64,000 nt of DNA from Octopus vulgaris (GCA_951406725.2 OX597817.1:76012001-76076000), one strand, 5' to 3'; positions 25,657 through 38,519 are shown, counted from the first letter of the stretch. A program made the numbers and translations. The notes: generated by a model not told the origin, from the sequence alone.

Positions 25657-26929
25657 TTGTAATAACGGAAATACCTCCTCATAGAAGGCGCTTGAAAGTT
25701 TCGAAGTCGACAAGCGAAGTAATACATTTTTCAGCAATAGGTGAATATTTACCGGCAGTAACTCGATACAGACAATGAAAATATAAAACTATACATATTT
25801 GCTGATAAAATACGTACAATATAATATGATTTTGGAACGGTGAAACTTGAAGCAGATACGATTTTTAAAATAGCGAATAAATATTGGGTTAAAAACCATT
25901 TGGTTAAATGATGTTGGAGGCGTAAGAGAATATAAAATGGTTTTGTTTCTTGAAATTTTTCACGCTCTCCCAAAGTTTCAACTTATTTATGACGTCAACA
26001 ACTTATACAGATATATTTGAATAAGGTATGGAAATAAAACGTTAATGAATAACATTGATTTTTAATATAGGTTCCATGCATCACAGCTTTGAGGAGAATT
26101 GTCTTGGATAACTTTTACCTTGTTCTAGCTTGGTAGTTAATGTATCGACTCGAGAAGTATAATTATCTTGAACACCATTTTAAAGCAGGTAACTAAATTC
26201 AACAAGATGTTTTACCGACGACGTTCTATACAGTCTTATACTTCTATTGCCCATCTATCGAATAATATCTACAAAATATACAGAAAAATAGATGTGAATG
26301 AAATATAAGTGCTTCAGAAAACTCCGAAATTGTTAGAATTTCATGATAGAGTAGCTTTCACCAGGAAACAAAAGTAAAAGTCGTATAACTTAGCTATGCT
26401 CTAGACATCGATCTTGCAAAAAGAATAAATACATTCGACTAAAACAATACTTGATGTATCCTAAAAGACAAATAAAAATTATGATACATTCTCTGAATAA
26501 CCAACATGACACGAACAATGCTAGGGATAACTTCAAAGGAAACTCGTTAACAGTACGTGCTCTCAGAAATAAATGCGAGCATCAAATAGCTAATGAAGGA
26601 AATGACAAAAAGAAAAAAAAATAAGAAAAACAGTCTGATGATCGGAATCGTAAAATTCGAATAACTAGATATGAAATGCCAGCTGCAATAATACACATAA
26701 AGACACACACACGCGTGCGCGCACACACACACATCAATATTTATATATATACATATATATATACTTATATATAAATATATACATATAAATATATACGCAC
26801 AAATATATGTACATATGTATGTGTATACATATATACACATTCATACAAAAATGTGTATATATGCATACATATACGCATACACCCACATATACACACATAT
26901 ACAAACACGCACACATACACACACACACA

Positions 26930-26971
<42 letters not shown>

Positions 26972-27830
26972 TAGGATTACATTTTTGAATGTGTAGTGCT
27001 CTAACTTTTAAAGAAACATCGAAACATATATAAAAGTCTGAAACGAAAAACATCTCAATAAATTTTAGATATATATAAGGAAGATCGAAACTAATAAATA
27101 TTGATAACTTAATAAAATTTACAATAAATACCTTATGTCATAAAACAGTAAAATGTGAAAGATGTTTCGTTTGCCTTCTGCACGGTATATGTGAACAGTT
27201 TTACTTTTGTTTTCTTTATTACATCTGTTGTATGTAACAACCACTTGTGTTTAGAAACAAACTTACATTTGTTTTTCTTTTTAGAAGCGCCGATTGTGTA
27301 TCGTACGATACAGACAAGAAAGTGATATTTTCAAACACAGTATCTCCACCAGCGGATGACATTGTGTGTCTTACTGGCGGGTAGGAGTGGATGTAAGCTT
27401 TGAAAAATTGGAAAAATTAAATGGTAAGGAAGTTTTCGCAATAAAAGAGAGCTAAAAGCAATAACAAAAAAAGAAGAGAGCAAGCGAGTTAAATATAGGG
27501 TTTGAAATGAGCAATAAAACGAACAATTTTATTAAGACAGACTGAAAATAAAATATTAAAAGATTTTAATAAATTTTACCGCCCCATCCAATTATTTTGA
27601 GTTTCGATAAACTATACTGATATACATGTACCTAGTAATGAAGATAACCGAAGGTATCAGAACAAGTACTGGTAGGAGTAATTGTATCGGAAAAAAAGCA
27701 ACAACAGTTATTTATACATGGTCTGTTCAACACCTGCTGAAGGTGGATTTGTCTCGTAAAAACAGGAAGCTGTTAGACTTTATTTCCAGGTTAGTCTATT
27801 TCGACTAGAGTTATACTAGGAAACACATTA

Positions 27831-28832
27831 AGGCGGCGAGCTGGCAGAAACGTTAGCACGCCGGGCGAAATACGTAACCGTATTTCGTCTGCCGTTACGT
27901 TCTGAGTTCAAATTCCGCCGAGGTCGACTTTGCCTTTCATCGTTTCGCGGTCGATAAATTAAGTGCCAGTTACGCACTGGGGTCGATATAATCGACTTAA
28001 TCCGTTTGTCTGTCCTTGTTTGTCCCCTCTGTGTTTAGCCCCTTATGGGTAGTAAAGAAATAGGTATTTCGTCTGTCTTTACGTTCTGAGTTCAAATTCC
28101 GCCGAGGTCGACTTTACCTTTCATCCTTTCGGGGTCGATAAATTAAGTAGCAGTTGCGCACTGGGGTCGATGTAATCGACTTAATCCGTTTGTCTGTCCT
28201 TGTTTGTCCCCTCTGTGTTTAGCCCCTTATGGGTAGTAAAGAAATAGGTATTTCGTCTGTCTTTACGTTCTGAGTTCAAATTCCGCCGAGGTCGACTTTA
28301 CCTTTCATCCTTTCGGGGTCGATAAATTAAGTAGCAGTTGCGCACTGGGACCTTTTCGGTTTGAACGGCAGCTTTTTCTCGCGGTGTCATATGAAATTGT
28401 CACCCACAATTATGACCCTAGTATCGATCTATTGCATTTCAATCTATTTTAGGGTTAGGGTTAGAATTAAGGGTGGGGAGAAGGGTATCTTTTTTTCTTC
28501 ACAAATGTAAATAAACCCAATCTGTTTCTTAAACGAGGGACATATTCATACGGCACAGAATGTTGTTTACCTCAATGGACGTCAGTGATTAATTGCAACT
28601 GCAGAAATTGAAGAAAAAAACAACAAATATCTTACAAACTATAGAATTTTCTCAATAAAGCCAAGAGAAAAATATGTTTTATAAACACATTCTACCAGTA
28701 TACAAAGTTTAAAATTTTTTAGTTACCTAGAAATTATTTTAAAATCTGCCGTTCAAACCGAAAAGATCCGCGTACTGGGGTCGATCTAATCGACTGGCCC
28801 CTTCCCCAGACGTTTCGGGCCTTGTAGAAAAG
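27831..28832 (+). mobile_element. SINE family C with 184-bp internal tandem units, interrupted by a MITE
   Basis: Head aggcggcgagctggcagaaacgttag. Units start at 27881, 28065 and 28249 and contain gagttcaaattcc and gcctttcatcctttcggggtcgataaattaagtaccag. A flanking direct repeat tatactaggaa is present. Confidence 0.9.
28348..28769. mobile_element. MITE with 24-bp TIRs and 8-bp TSD (Merlin-like)
   Basis: Left TIR ggaccttttcggtttgaacggcag versus right (rc) ggatcttttcggtttgaacggcag. TSD gcgcactg/gcgtactg. The SINE sequence resumes exactly after it. Confidence 0.9.
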
Positions 28833-28861
28833 TATACTAGGAATATCAATAGTAATATCAA

Positions 28862-28940
<79 letters not shown>

Positions 28941-29181
28941 ATATATATATATAACCATTTTCGGAATCAGTCAATGTTTCCTATGGTGTACTCTGTAAAT
29001 CTGACAATGTGAGTTAAGTTCTTTAAACCTCGATGATGGCGTAATGGGTCAGTGATGAAGGTTAATCAAATTTGTAATCAGTGATAATACAACTCAATCT
29101 CACTTGTCTCCCTTGTCAGTCGTCAGAAAATTGCTCACACGTGGCTAAGAGTTGTTTTGAGTTTTATTTCTAGCAATAAAA

Positions 29182-29587
29182 GCGCAGGAGTGGCTGTGTG
29201 GTAAGTAGCTTGCTAACCAACCACATGGTTCCGGGTTCAGTCCCACTGCGTGGCATCTTGGGCAAGTGTATTCTGCTATAGCCCCGGGCCGACCAATGCC
29301 TTGTGAGTGGATTTGGTAGACGGAAACTGAAAGAAGCCTGTCGTATATATGTATATATATATATGTGTGTGTGTGTATGTGTTTGTCCCCCTAGCATTGC
29401 TTGACAACCGATGCTGGTGTGTTTACGTCCCCGTCACTTTGCCGTTCGGCAAAAGAAACCGATAGAATAAGTACTGGGCTTACAAAGAATAAGTCCCGGG
29501 GTCGATTTGCTCGACTAAAAGGCGGTGCTCCAGCATGGCCGCAGTCAAATGACTGAAACAAGTAAAAGAGTAAAAAGAGTAAAGAGA
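29182..29587 (+). mobile_element. SINE family B, full-length copy
   Basis: A-box-like tggctgtgtgg, B-box-like ggttcagtccc, CORE-like cttgggcaagtg, an internal (TA)(TG) tract and a gtaaaaga tandem tail. Confidence 0.92.
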
Positions 29588-29708
29588 ATAGTGACTAGCA
29601 CCCTCCGTCACTTTAGTGACGACTATACTTGTTGCCTCTCGGTTGTAAATTGCGAATACTCACCTCAATAAATTATACATATATATATATGTATATGTAT
29701 ATATTCAC

Positions 29709-29873
29709 AGGCGCAGGAGTGGGTGTGTGGTAAGTAGCTTGCTTACCAACGACATGGTTCCAGGTTCAGTCCCACTGCGTGGCACCTTGGGCAAGTGTCT
29801 TCTACTCTAGCCATCCGGCCGACCAAAGCCTTGTGAGCGAATTTGGTAGAGGGAAATTGAAAGAAGCTCGTCG

Positions 29874-29905
<32 letters not shown>

Positions 29906-29967
29906 GGTGCTCCAGCATGGCCACAGCTCGTGAGCTGAAACTAGATAAATAAATAAAAAAAAAAAAA

Positions 29968-30028
<61 letters not shown>

Positions 30029-30067
30029 CGTCTGTGTTTGTCCCCCCAAGATCGCTTGACAACCGAT
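29709..30067 (+). mobile_element. SINE family B, rearranged copy
   Basis: Head and body, then a tail fragment (ggcggtgctccagcatggcc), then a second body fragment after (TG)n. Confidence 0.8.
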
Positions 30068-30525
30068 TCCCCACACATATTAATCCATGGGATAAGGAAT
30101 GCATGGGATTATTAATCCCTGGAATTAGTAGACCAGAAATTGATGCTGGTGAAGTCGTAGAAATTCTGCGACTAGCACTTCTGCCTCTTTCCGGAGTTAT
30201 GCTAAGGAACCATATCCAGCTGCCACACTTATGGCTTTCGAGCAAAAACCCTCTCCAGTCAAAGTTTCATCAAAGTCTCCAGTAGCTTCACTTAGCCGCC
30301 TGAAATGGGCCTAAGACTCTGTTCATAAATGTGAGGGCTATATGACTTCGTCCTCACTGAGGACACATACAAAGCCTATCACAGATTCTGGGAACTTGTT
30401 TTTCATAATGTCCTTGTCATGTCTTACAGCCTTTACAGTTTTCATGGAGCATTGGGCAGGAACCATGATGTTGACATTTTAATACCCGGCGCGAATTGTC
30501 ATGATACAAATATCCCCCACATCAG
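30068..30525 (-). mobile_element. Tc1/mariner-superfamily (DD37D/maT-like) transposase remnant
   Basis: IMKNKFPESVIGF.CV.SE..V..; WQLDMVP*HNSGK.QK..SQNFYDFTS.NFWS.NS.D..PMD*YVWG, a decayed QQDSAP.H..WPPNSPDxNPMDY.VWG. Confidence 0.75.
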
Positions 30526-30825
30526 CTAACAATAACAATTTCAATCTTTATACTTACCAACTCCGAATAAATTTAGCTGTTGTTGAAAAGAAAATTGGGA
30601 TCATTCAAAATCATCAACTTTAGCCCCGTCGCGTGAGCAACTTTCGAAGCCTTTTCGAAGCCTCACAGTATTCTTAATTGCTCGAAATGAGGAGTCGATG
30701 GACAGCCGACAACTGTTGAAGGGTCGTTTTTTATGTTACTTGTCTTGTTTTCCATTTTCTTTGTCTTGTTCGCATACCAAAGCTTGTCTTCGTATTTCAT
30801 ATTTACGTTTTATGACGTCCTGTAC

Positions 30826-30860
<35 letters not shown>

Positions 30861-31052
30861 TATATAAATATAAATATATATAAATATATATATATATATA
30901 CATATATATGTATATATGTACATATATATATGTATAAATGCATGCATATATATATATATATATATATCATTTATTTATATTAAATATATATATATATTGG
31001 ATCGTTAGCCCCTACACGCAATGTTTTTCTCTCCTTGTTTCTTTTCTGTGTA

Positions 31053-31090
31053 TCTTTCTGTCGATGAGCGTAGGCTCGAAACGTAAAAGA
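31053..31090 (+). ncRNA. Minimal hammerhead-like variant with intact stems, in a ~190-bp (TA)n-flanked cassette
   Basis: tcttt-CTGTCGA-t-gagc(gtag)gctc-GAAA-C-GTA-aaaga. Stem I is a perfect 5 bp, stem II is 4 bp and stem III is the palindrome ACGT; the core is non-canonical. Confidence 0.6.
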
Positions 31091-31185
31091 CTTGTTTTAC
31101 TTCTATTCCTGAGCGCCATACTAATACATTGTTTGTTTGTACTCCACCTGCCTTCGTCTTTTGTTTATGTTCGTAAACCTTCCCG

Positions 31186-31249
<64 letters not shown>

Positions 31250-31345
31250 GTGTGTATATATATATGCATACATACATACACACATACACACGCACACACT
31301 TGCGCACACAGATATTTGGATAATAATAACAAAAGAACAAGAGTT

Positions 31346-31430
31346 AGGCTCTAATGAATCTATATGTTATTGCACTGGCACAACTCAAATGTGAATGTAG
31401 GGTTCCTTTTAGTCGAAACAGCTGTAAGAT
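31346..31430 (+). ncRNA. Degenerate hammerhead-like motif with a long stem II region
   Basis: gct-CTAATGA-..-GAAACAGCTGTA-agat. Confidence 0.4.
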
Positions 31431-31589
31431 ACTGAAAGTAATTACGGCATTTGTTATTATTTAATATTATGCTCTATAAGAATCCGGAGAAGACGTCAGT
31501 ATTTTTACGCCTCCTTTACATGAAACTTTTGTTATATTATGAAATATAGGCATATTAACTGGTCTTTGGTACTGCCGTGGAAAAGCCGT

Positions 31590-31632
<43 letters not shown>

Positions 31633-31649
31633 ATAGGATAGGAGCACAG

Positions 31650-31961
31650 GAGCACTCCATCGGTTACGACGACGAGGGCCCCAGTTGATACGATCATCGG
31701 AACAGCCTGCTCGTGAAATTAACGTGCAAGTGGTTGAGCAATCCAGAGACTCGTGTACCCCTAACGTAGTTATCAGGGAGATTCAGCGTGACGCAGGGTG
31801 TGACAAGGCGGGCCATTTGAAATACAGGTACAACTCAATTTTGCCAGCTGAGTGGACTGGAACAATATGAAATAAAGTGTCTTGCTCAATGACACAACGC
31901 GTCGCCGGGAATCGAACTCACGACCTTACAATCGTGAGCCGAATGCCCTAACCACTAAGCC
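31650..31961 (-). mobile_element. tRNA-headed SINE with a different head/core but tail type 2
   Basis: The minus strand reads ggcttagtggttagggcattcggctcacg..gagttcgattccc..ttgagcaagacactttatttc, then the same 3' half as the 35578 and 50555 copies. Confidence 0.85.
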
Positions 31962-31973
31962 TATATACATACA

Positions 31974-32010
<37 letters not shown>

Positions 32011-32084
32011 CGTGTAATATGCCACCGGGATACTCATGGCGGGTTTCTGTGTACTGAATGTTGGTGTCATTATTACGTTTCCGT

Positions 32085-32290
32085 CGAAGTGATATCAAGT
32101 AAGCTGTCATTGTACAGAACAAACCTTTGGGTGAGTCTGTGTAAAGGAACATGAACAAGATGTGACAAACAGATAAAAAAGGTTTTGCTGATATCATGAA
32201 AAGAAGTTTTTCTGCCGAACATTTGAAAGCCAAAAACCACTTGTGAATGAATAAAAACAAGACCCTGGAATGACTGACTGCATAGAACAC
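32085..32290 (+). mobile_element. Possible very old Penelope GIY-YIG remnant
   Basis: YQVSCHC, VKEHEQDV and SAEHLKAKNH appear across frames; weak. Confidence 0.3.
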
Positions 32291-34997
32291 ATGATGATAG
32301 CAAAACTGATTGTGCTGATAATGATTAAAGAATAGTTTATTTAGTACTGTTTCTATCACCTATAAGATGTTGGAAGTGAAATATGATAGCATATATAAAA
32401 TATACCAGTTTGATTTGATTTTCAGTTTTTCTTTTATAAAACATCTTTAAATATGTGATACTATATATATCAGGCCGATATCTATTCTTCTTTGTAATTT
32501 CTACGCTGTATAGAACAAAAAAAAAAGGCAAAAACATTTTCTCGCTTTCCTTTACATGTGTTGCAGTATATAAGATTTTTACATTTCTGTCGAAGCAATA
32601 GAATAAAAACCAGCTGAACAGCTAAATCATTAGTTCTGTGATATCTTGTTAGAAAAAAGAAGCAAGGCTACACATGCTCGCGTACATATACAAAAAACAA
32701 ATTTCAAATAATACTTGAAAAGGAAATATTCTCGATTTAGAAATATTTCCCAGTAAAAGAAAAAAATATAATACATTCGTTGCATCCAGAGAGCTTTTCT
32801 TTTTTTTTTTTTTCAGATAGACACATTGAATAAATTTGTAAATCTTATTTCATGTATTACTTAAGAAAACGTTATTATAAATTCTCTTCTTATTATATTT
32901 TATTTCTTATATTTTATCTAAAGCATGGAGAAAAGACTGATAGGTGTAAGGGTGAATGGTATGATGGTGGTTGATAAAATAACTAGTGGCAGTGATGGCA
33001 GTTTATTTCAGGAGTTATATATAGAGAAAGCAGAATTAACACTTTTTGTTACACATCCTATTCATATAAATTATAAACAGTTATAATATATTTTACGATA
33101 TCAAACTGTCGAACAAAAGGCCTAAATAACGAGTACACATATATTCATGCACGTACACATGCGTGTACATATGTATGTATATATACTGGACACCATGCTA
33201 GAGTATAATTATTTATCTCAACTGTTTCTATGGAATTTTCGGGACACCAAGTATAACGTGTATAAGACAAGCAAATCGTTTCTTATAGCGGTAGACAGAC
33301 GAGAGCATGCAACTGGCCGAATCATGAATGGCCAGTTAACGAACCATCTGCTAGGACCGCAATATATAAAAGCTTAAGCCGTGATTCAACAGAAAAATAG
33401 CAAGTGAGAGATGAGAAGGCCTGATGATAGCCAGTGACTGAGGTGGCGGTGTCATTTTAACTCTTTGTAAAAAGAAATTGTTATTAACTGGAGGAGGTTT
33501 TGGCAACGTAATAATGCAATGAAAAGAAGATGCAGCACTGAGCTATGTCTATTGCTGGTTAGTTAGTAAAATTAGATATTTATGGGGAAGTAGGGGGTGT
33601 GGGGACACTAACTGCTGTGGCGGGAGCCATGCCATATTCAAATATCAAAACTCACAAAGAATACCAAAAACAGATTGTAACAGAGGAGTACGGTATGTAA
33701 TTTGTGGTGTTCTCTGCAAAACATCTTTCCTTGTTACCACAGAAAGACATGTGCAGGCTTTTGGTATCAAGTATTTACAGTCTAGGGACCGTAGTACCGT
33801 TATAATATTTTCCATAAATTCAATAAGTTAAGTGGAGTATTTCTGATCTGCCGCATATATGCAGTATAATTAAAAAAATAATAATAAGGTCAGGAATCAT
33901 ATACAAAATTCTTCGTGCTACATAATCCTTGACACCTAATCTAAAATTGAAAGTGCAAGTCGCAATATTAAAATTCCAACATGCAACAAAGCAAAACAGA
34001 ATTCCAAACATCAATAAGCATAATAATGACATATAAGATACAAGGATACAGCATTTCAGCATGCGCAATACAAAATAGAAATTGCAATATCAAATGTTTA
34101 AAATACAGTGATCAAAGCTCAGAATATCGACCCGATTATCACAATACTGTATAGCAAGCTTTTGGGCGTTCAGTGTTATAATCATGGATGAAGGAGATGA
34201 CAACGTTGAATTTGCCGTGCATTTTAGAAATCCATTTTCTGGTGCGGTCATTCAAATAATTAGGATTATTGGGGTGAGTGCTTAGTTATTCGCATCATTT
34301 CAGGATGAATTTCGTGAAGACGAACTCAGAGTTCGATAATTTAAATTAAATTATAACATTAAAATGCAAAGTAACGAGAAATCAAAGAGATAAAAAGGGA
34401 AAAGAAAGGAAACGAAAAGGGTATATAAAACAGCAGAAGATGGAGGAGGAGGTGCGTTGAGCCACATATCCCATTACCACGGAGGATGGCCAACAATACA
34501 CGCTGCAACAGCCACGCCACCTCGTGGGTGTTCATTTCTCCGACGGATCGTCATTATCCCTATTTTGCAGAGGAAATCGGTAGTACGGGTTCTGAGAGCA
34601 CCTGACGTGAGCGCAAAAAATATAGTGCATGCCATCTTGGAGACGGAGTACAGTTCAGGAGCATCTATCTGGGAATGCGGATTTTGGATTGTGGGCGAAA
34701 CTTGAAAATTCCCGTTGCAGTACTGAATCCACATAGTAATGTAGAGGAGAAGTGACTGGGTGAGTGGAGGAAGAGAGATGATGATCCTTGCTAAGTTTTC
34801 CACTGACTCAGGTCGTTAGGCATTATCTAGTTTCTGGGTAGAATATTTCACGGACATACGTACTTAATATTTTGCAGTTACAATTTTTTCAGATAAATTG
34901 AGGTTTCTATTTTCACAATCAGATTGTTAGTTAGGATGATAATGATTATACTTTTACTACACAGAGGTTGCTTTCAGTACCATATATATGTATATGC

Positions 34998-35395
34998 AAG
35001 GCAGCGAGCTGACAGAATCGTTAACACGCCGGGCGAAATGCTTGGCGGTATTTCGTCTGCCGTTACGTTCTGAGTTCAAATTCCGCCGAGGTCCACTTTG
35101 CCTTTCATCCTTTCGGAGTCGATTAAATAAGTACCAATTACGCACTGGGGTCGATAAAATCGACTTAATCCGTTTGTCTGTCCTTGTTCGTCCTCTCTGT
35201 GTTTAGCCTCTTGTGGGTAGTAAAGAAATAGGTATATCGTCTGCGGCTACGTTCTGAGTTCAAATTCCGCCGAGGTCGACTTTGCCTTTCATCCTTTCGG
35301 GGTTGATAAATTAAGTACTAGTGAATAACTGGGTCGACGTAATCGGCTATCCCCCTCCCCCAAATTTGAGGCCCTGTGCCTGTAGGGGAAAGGAT
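34998..35395 (+). mobile_element. SINE family C (about 1.7 units)
   Basis: Units start at 35049 and 35233 (184-bp period). A flanking repeat atatatgta(t/c)atgca is present. Confidence 0.9.
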
Positions 35396-35577
35396 ATATA
35401 TGTACATGCATGTATTAAGGCGTGACAGAAAACATTCTATAATTCACACGACAGTTGGTGTGTTGCTAACAAAGTCAAGAAGATAGTGATATGTAGCTAA
35501 TATTTTGTTTATCAAGGATGGGGATTAAAGGATTTCGCCACATCCTGTATGCAGATATAGTACGTATGCATGCATGT

Positions 35578-35945
35578 GTGGAGGTGCAATAGCCCAGTGG
35601 TTAGGGTAGCGGACTTGCGGTTTCGATTCCCAGACCGGGTGTTGAGAGTGTTTATTGAGCGAAAAAACTTAAAGTTCCACGAGGCTCCGGCAGGGGATGG
35701 TGGCAAACCCTGCTGTACTCTTTCTCTACAACTTTCACTCACTCTTTCTTCCTGTTTCTGTTGTACCTATATTTCAAAGAGCCAGCCTTGTCACACTTTG
35801 TATCACGCTGAATCTTCCCGAGAACTTCGTTAAAGGTACACGTATCTGTGGAATGCTCAGCCACTTGTACGTTAATTTCACGAGCAGGCTGTTCCGTTGA
35901 TCGGATCAACTGGAACCCTCGTCATCGTAACCGGCGCAGTGCCAG
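35578..35945 (+). mobile_element. SINE family A, tail type 2
   Basis: Family A head and core up to ctctttcttcctgtttct, then tgtacctatatttcaaag..ccctcgtcatcgtaaccggcgcagtgcc. Confidence 0.88.
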
Positions 35946-36939
35946 CCAATGCATGCACGTATGTATGTATAATCAACTTACTGGAACAGTCATCAGATGA
36001 TAGTTTATGTTCTTAGCACACACTCACAAACACACACACATACACTCTCACACACACACGCGCGCACACGCTGGTTATGTACATTCTGGTAAATGCCGGA
36101 AAAAATAAAACGATAATAACTAAACTATTGATGATTCCATTTCCCCCCTGTAAAAATATCTATAGGAAGGGATTTAATAGTCAAAATTACCATTAGAAAT
36201 GCAATTTAAACTCAGTTTATTTAGGATGAGCAGTTACAGAGATTATCGAAATAAATGTCTCTTCAATGTAGAGAAATTTTTTTTCCGTGAAAAGCTTTAA
36301 AAATACATGCATATGAAGCAAGGTGTTCAAGCGTGACTATACCTCCTTTTTTCTCCGGAATACATTATCTGAAGAAAAGACGAACGAATATATATTGAAT
36401 TTAAACCAAATTTTGAGATATGGTTTTGAACATTCGAAACGTATTCAGTGTTTTACAAATTTTATTCAATAGCTTCAGTTGCTGTATCTGTTAAATGTGA
36501 AAAGTCAACAAAAATTTTTAAACAAATTAATTGTAGAAATGATTCTATTCCGATATAAAGTTCATTACACACATAGCATTTATACACTTACACATATACC
36601 CATAAACATACACACACGCACGCGCACACACACATAGACATTTATACATATACACATATACCCATAAACATACACTCACACACATACACACACGCACACA
36701 CAAAATTATGCACAAGTGCGTATAGATATGTATGCATGTGTGTCTAAATACAGTATTTATATGCATATATCCATACATTATAAATACATACGTACATACT
36801 TATATACAATATAAAATAAAAACTATATTGCATTCTCACAATGGCCAATGTAAGGGTTCGTACCGACGATCATCAGAAAAGGTTTTAAGAAATAGCATAG
36901 TTTGGGCTCTTTGTCACCGGACGTTTTAAAGTTTATATA

Positions 36940-37734
36940 GGAGGGTGTACCCAAAAGAAACCGGAATTTTGCAATATTATTTCATTCACTTAGTTTTACA
37001 TGTTTACAGTTTGATCGCCTTCAAAGTATTCTCCATTTGAAGCAAAGCATTTGTTCAGAAGCGTTTTCCACTGTTCAAAGCAGTGTTGAACTCTTGCAAA
37101 GTGATACCTTCCATCTGTTCTTTTAGTTCATGACACGCACTCAGCCGTGACTGCTTTTGATCTTCCGTGAGCAAGCGAGGCACAAATATTGCTGCAACTC
37201 TTTTCATTCGCAATCCCTTGCTCTAACGTAGTTGGCAGAACCTCTAGGACAAACTGTTCGTATCAGCAAAAGCGTTAATTGTTCGGTGACGGTCTTCCCA
37301 GACGGCTCATAAATTTTCATAATGTTTCATTCGTTCAGGAGGTCGACGGTCGCCCTGAGCACGGTTAGTCTTCGAACAAGTGACCATTCCTAAGGCATGA
37401 AAACCATTCGTAAACTTGTGTTTTGCTCATGACAGCGTCTTTGTAAGCTGTTTGAGGCATAACAACTGTTTCGGCCGCCATTTTTCTCTAACAGAAAACA
37501 GAAATTCTCAGAAGCACGCTGTTCTTTCGTTTCACTCAGCGCAAAAATCGATGAACAGGAGATAAGCACTGCATTACAAAGACGCACCACGTGGTAGTTC
37601 GACATTGCTTGAAGACGCAGGTCGGCTGACTGATGCATGAATGTCACATCAAGTAGCATCTGATACTGGATGGCTGAACTGCAACGGGTTTTGTCCCACA
37701 GAGAACGTTTCCGGTAACTTTTAGGTACCTCCTT
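36940..37734 (-). mobile_element. Internally deleted mariner element with both TIRs
   Basis: Ends gagggtgtacccaaaagaaaccggaa and (rc) ggaggtacctaaaagttaccggaa. Internal translation ETKEQRASENFCFLLEK..MSKTQVYEWF..SGRPST..FVPRLLTEDQKQSR. Confidence 0.85.
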
Positions 37735-37767
37735 GCACACACACACACACACACACGCACACACACG

Positions 37768-37804
<37 letters not shown>

Positions 37805-38519
37805 AGGGACTGAAGCCGAGATTATGTGATTGGGAAGCAAACGTGTTAATACACAGCCGTGTCTGGGCTTATGTGTGTGTATGTCTACGTTAAAATAGAT
37901 ATGGAAAAACCCGCGGGAGCTTCGACAGCTAAAAGTAAACGAAGGATAAAGTAGTGTGTACGACTGTTTTTTTTATTTCGTTCATGCTCATTAGATATCA
38001 TTCACTTCATGTCTTAACTGCCGAAATTAAGAAAAGAACACATCTTCTTAGGAAATACGTAAACAAGGTATTATTGGCGTAAAGAAATGCATATAACTCT
38101 ACGACGTAGACGTCTGAATTTAATATTAAAACTCCAACAGAGCGTGGTTATGAATAAATGTGTATATTTAAAAATATAACTAATTTCTTAAAGATTTCAT
38201 CTCAACATGACGGAATGAATAGTTGCTCATTACTAACACATACACACAAACACACACACACATACACACAAGCACACATACATACACGCGCGCGCATATA
38301 CATAGGCTTACGCATAGACACATAAACACGAAAATCTATGAACAAGGTGTATCTTCTTTTGTAGATAAGATTAAAATGTGCTCGACTAATTTGTAAGTTG
38401 TTATGAATGAATAGTCTTCTCTTTCTGTTTCTGATTTAGAGTAAATTTTGATCGACCCTCTGCTTGGTAGCAAGGTTGTGAAGGAAACCATCTTGTTTTC
38501 TTCATCATCCTTTTAATCT

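Noticed and set aside
27881-28347. Regularly spaced repeats resembling a CRISPR array
   Set aside because: The units are contiguous 184-bp near-identical repeats with no unique spacers and no cas genes, in a eukaryotic SINE context.
30706-30745. gacaa-CTGTTGA-..-ttgtc as another hammerhead
   Set aside because: Stem I-like pairing exists, but there is no GAAA or stem III.
38096-38148. Minus-strand CTGTTGGA-hairpin-AGACGTC as a hammerhead
   Set aside because: Both core segments are too degenerate to distinguish from chance in AT-rich DNA.
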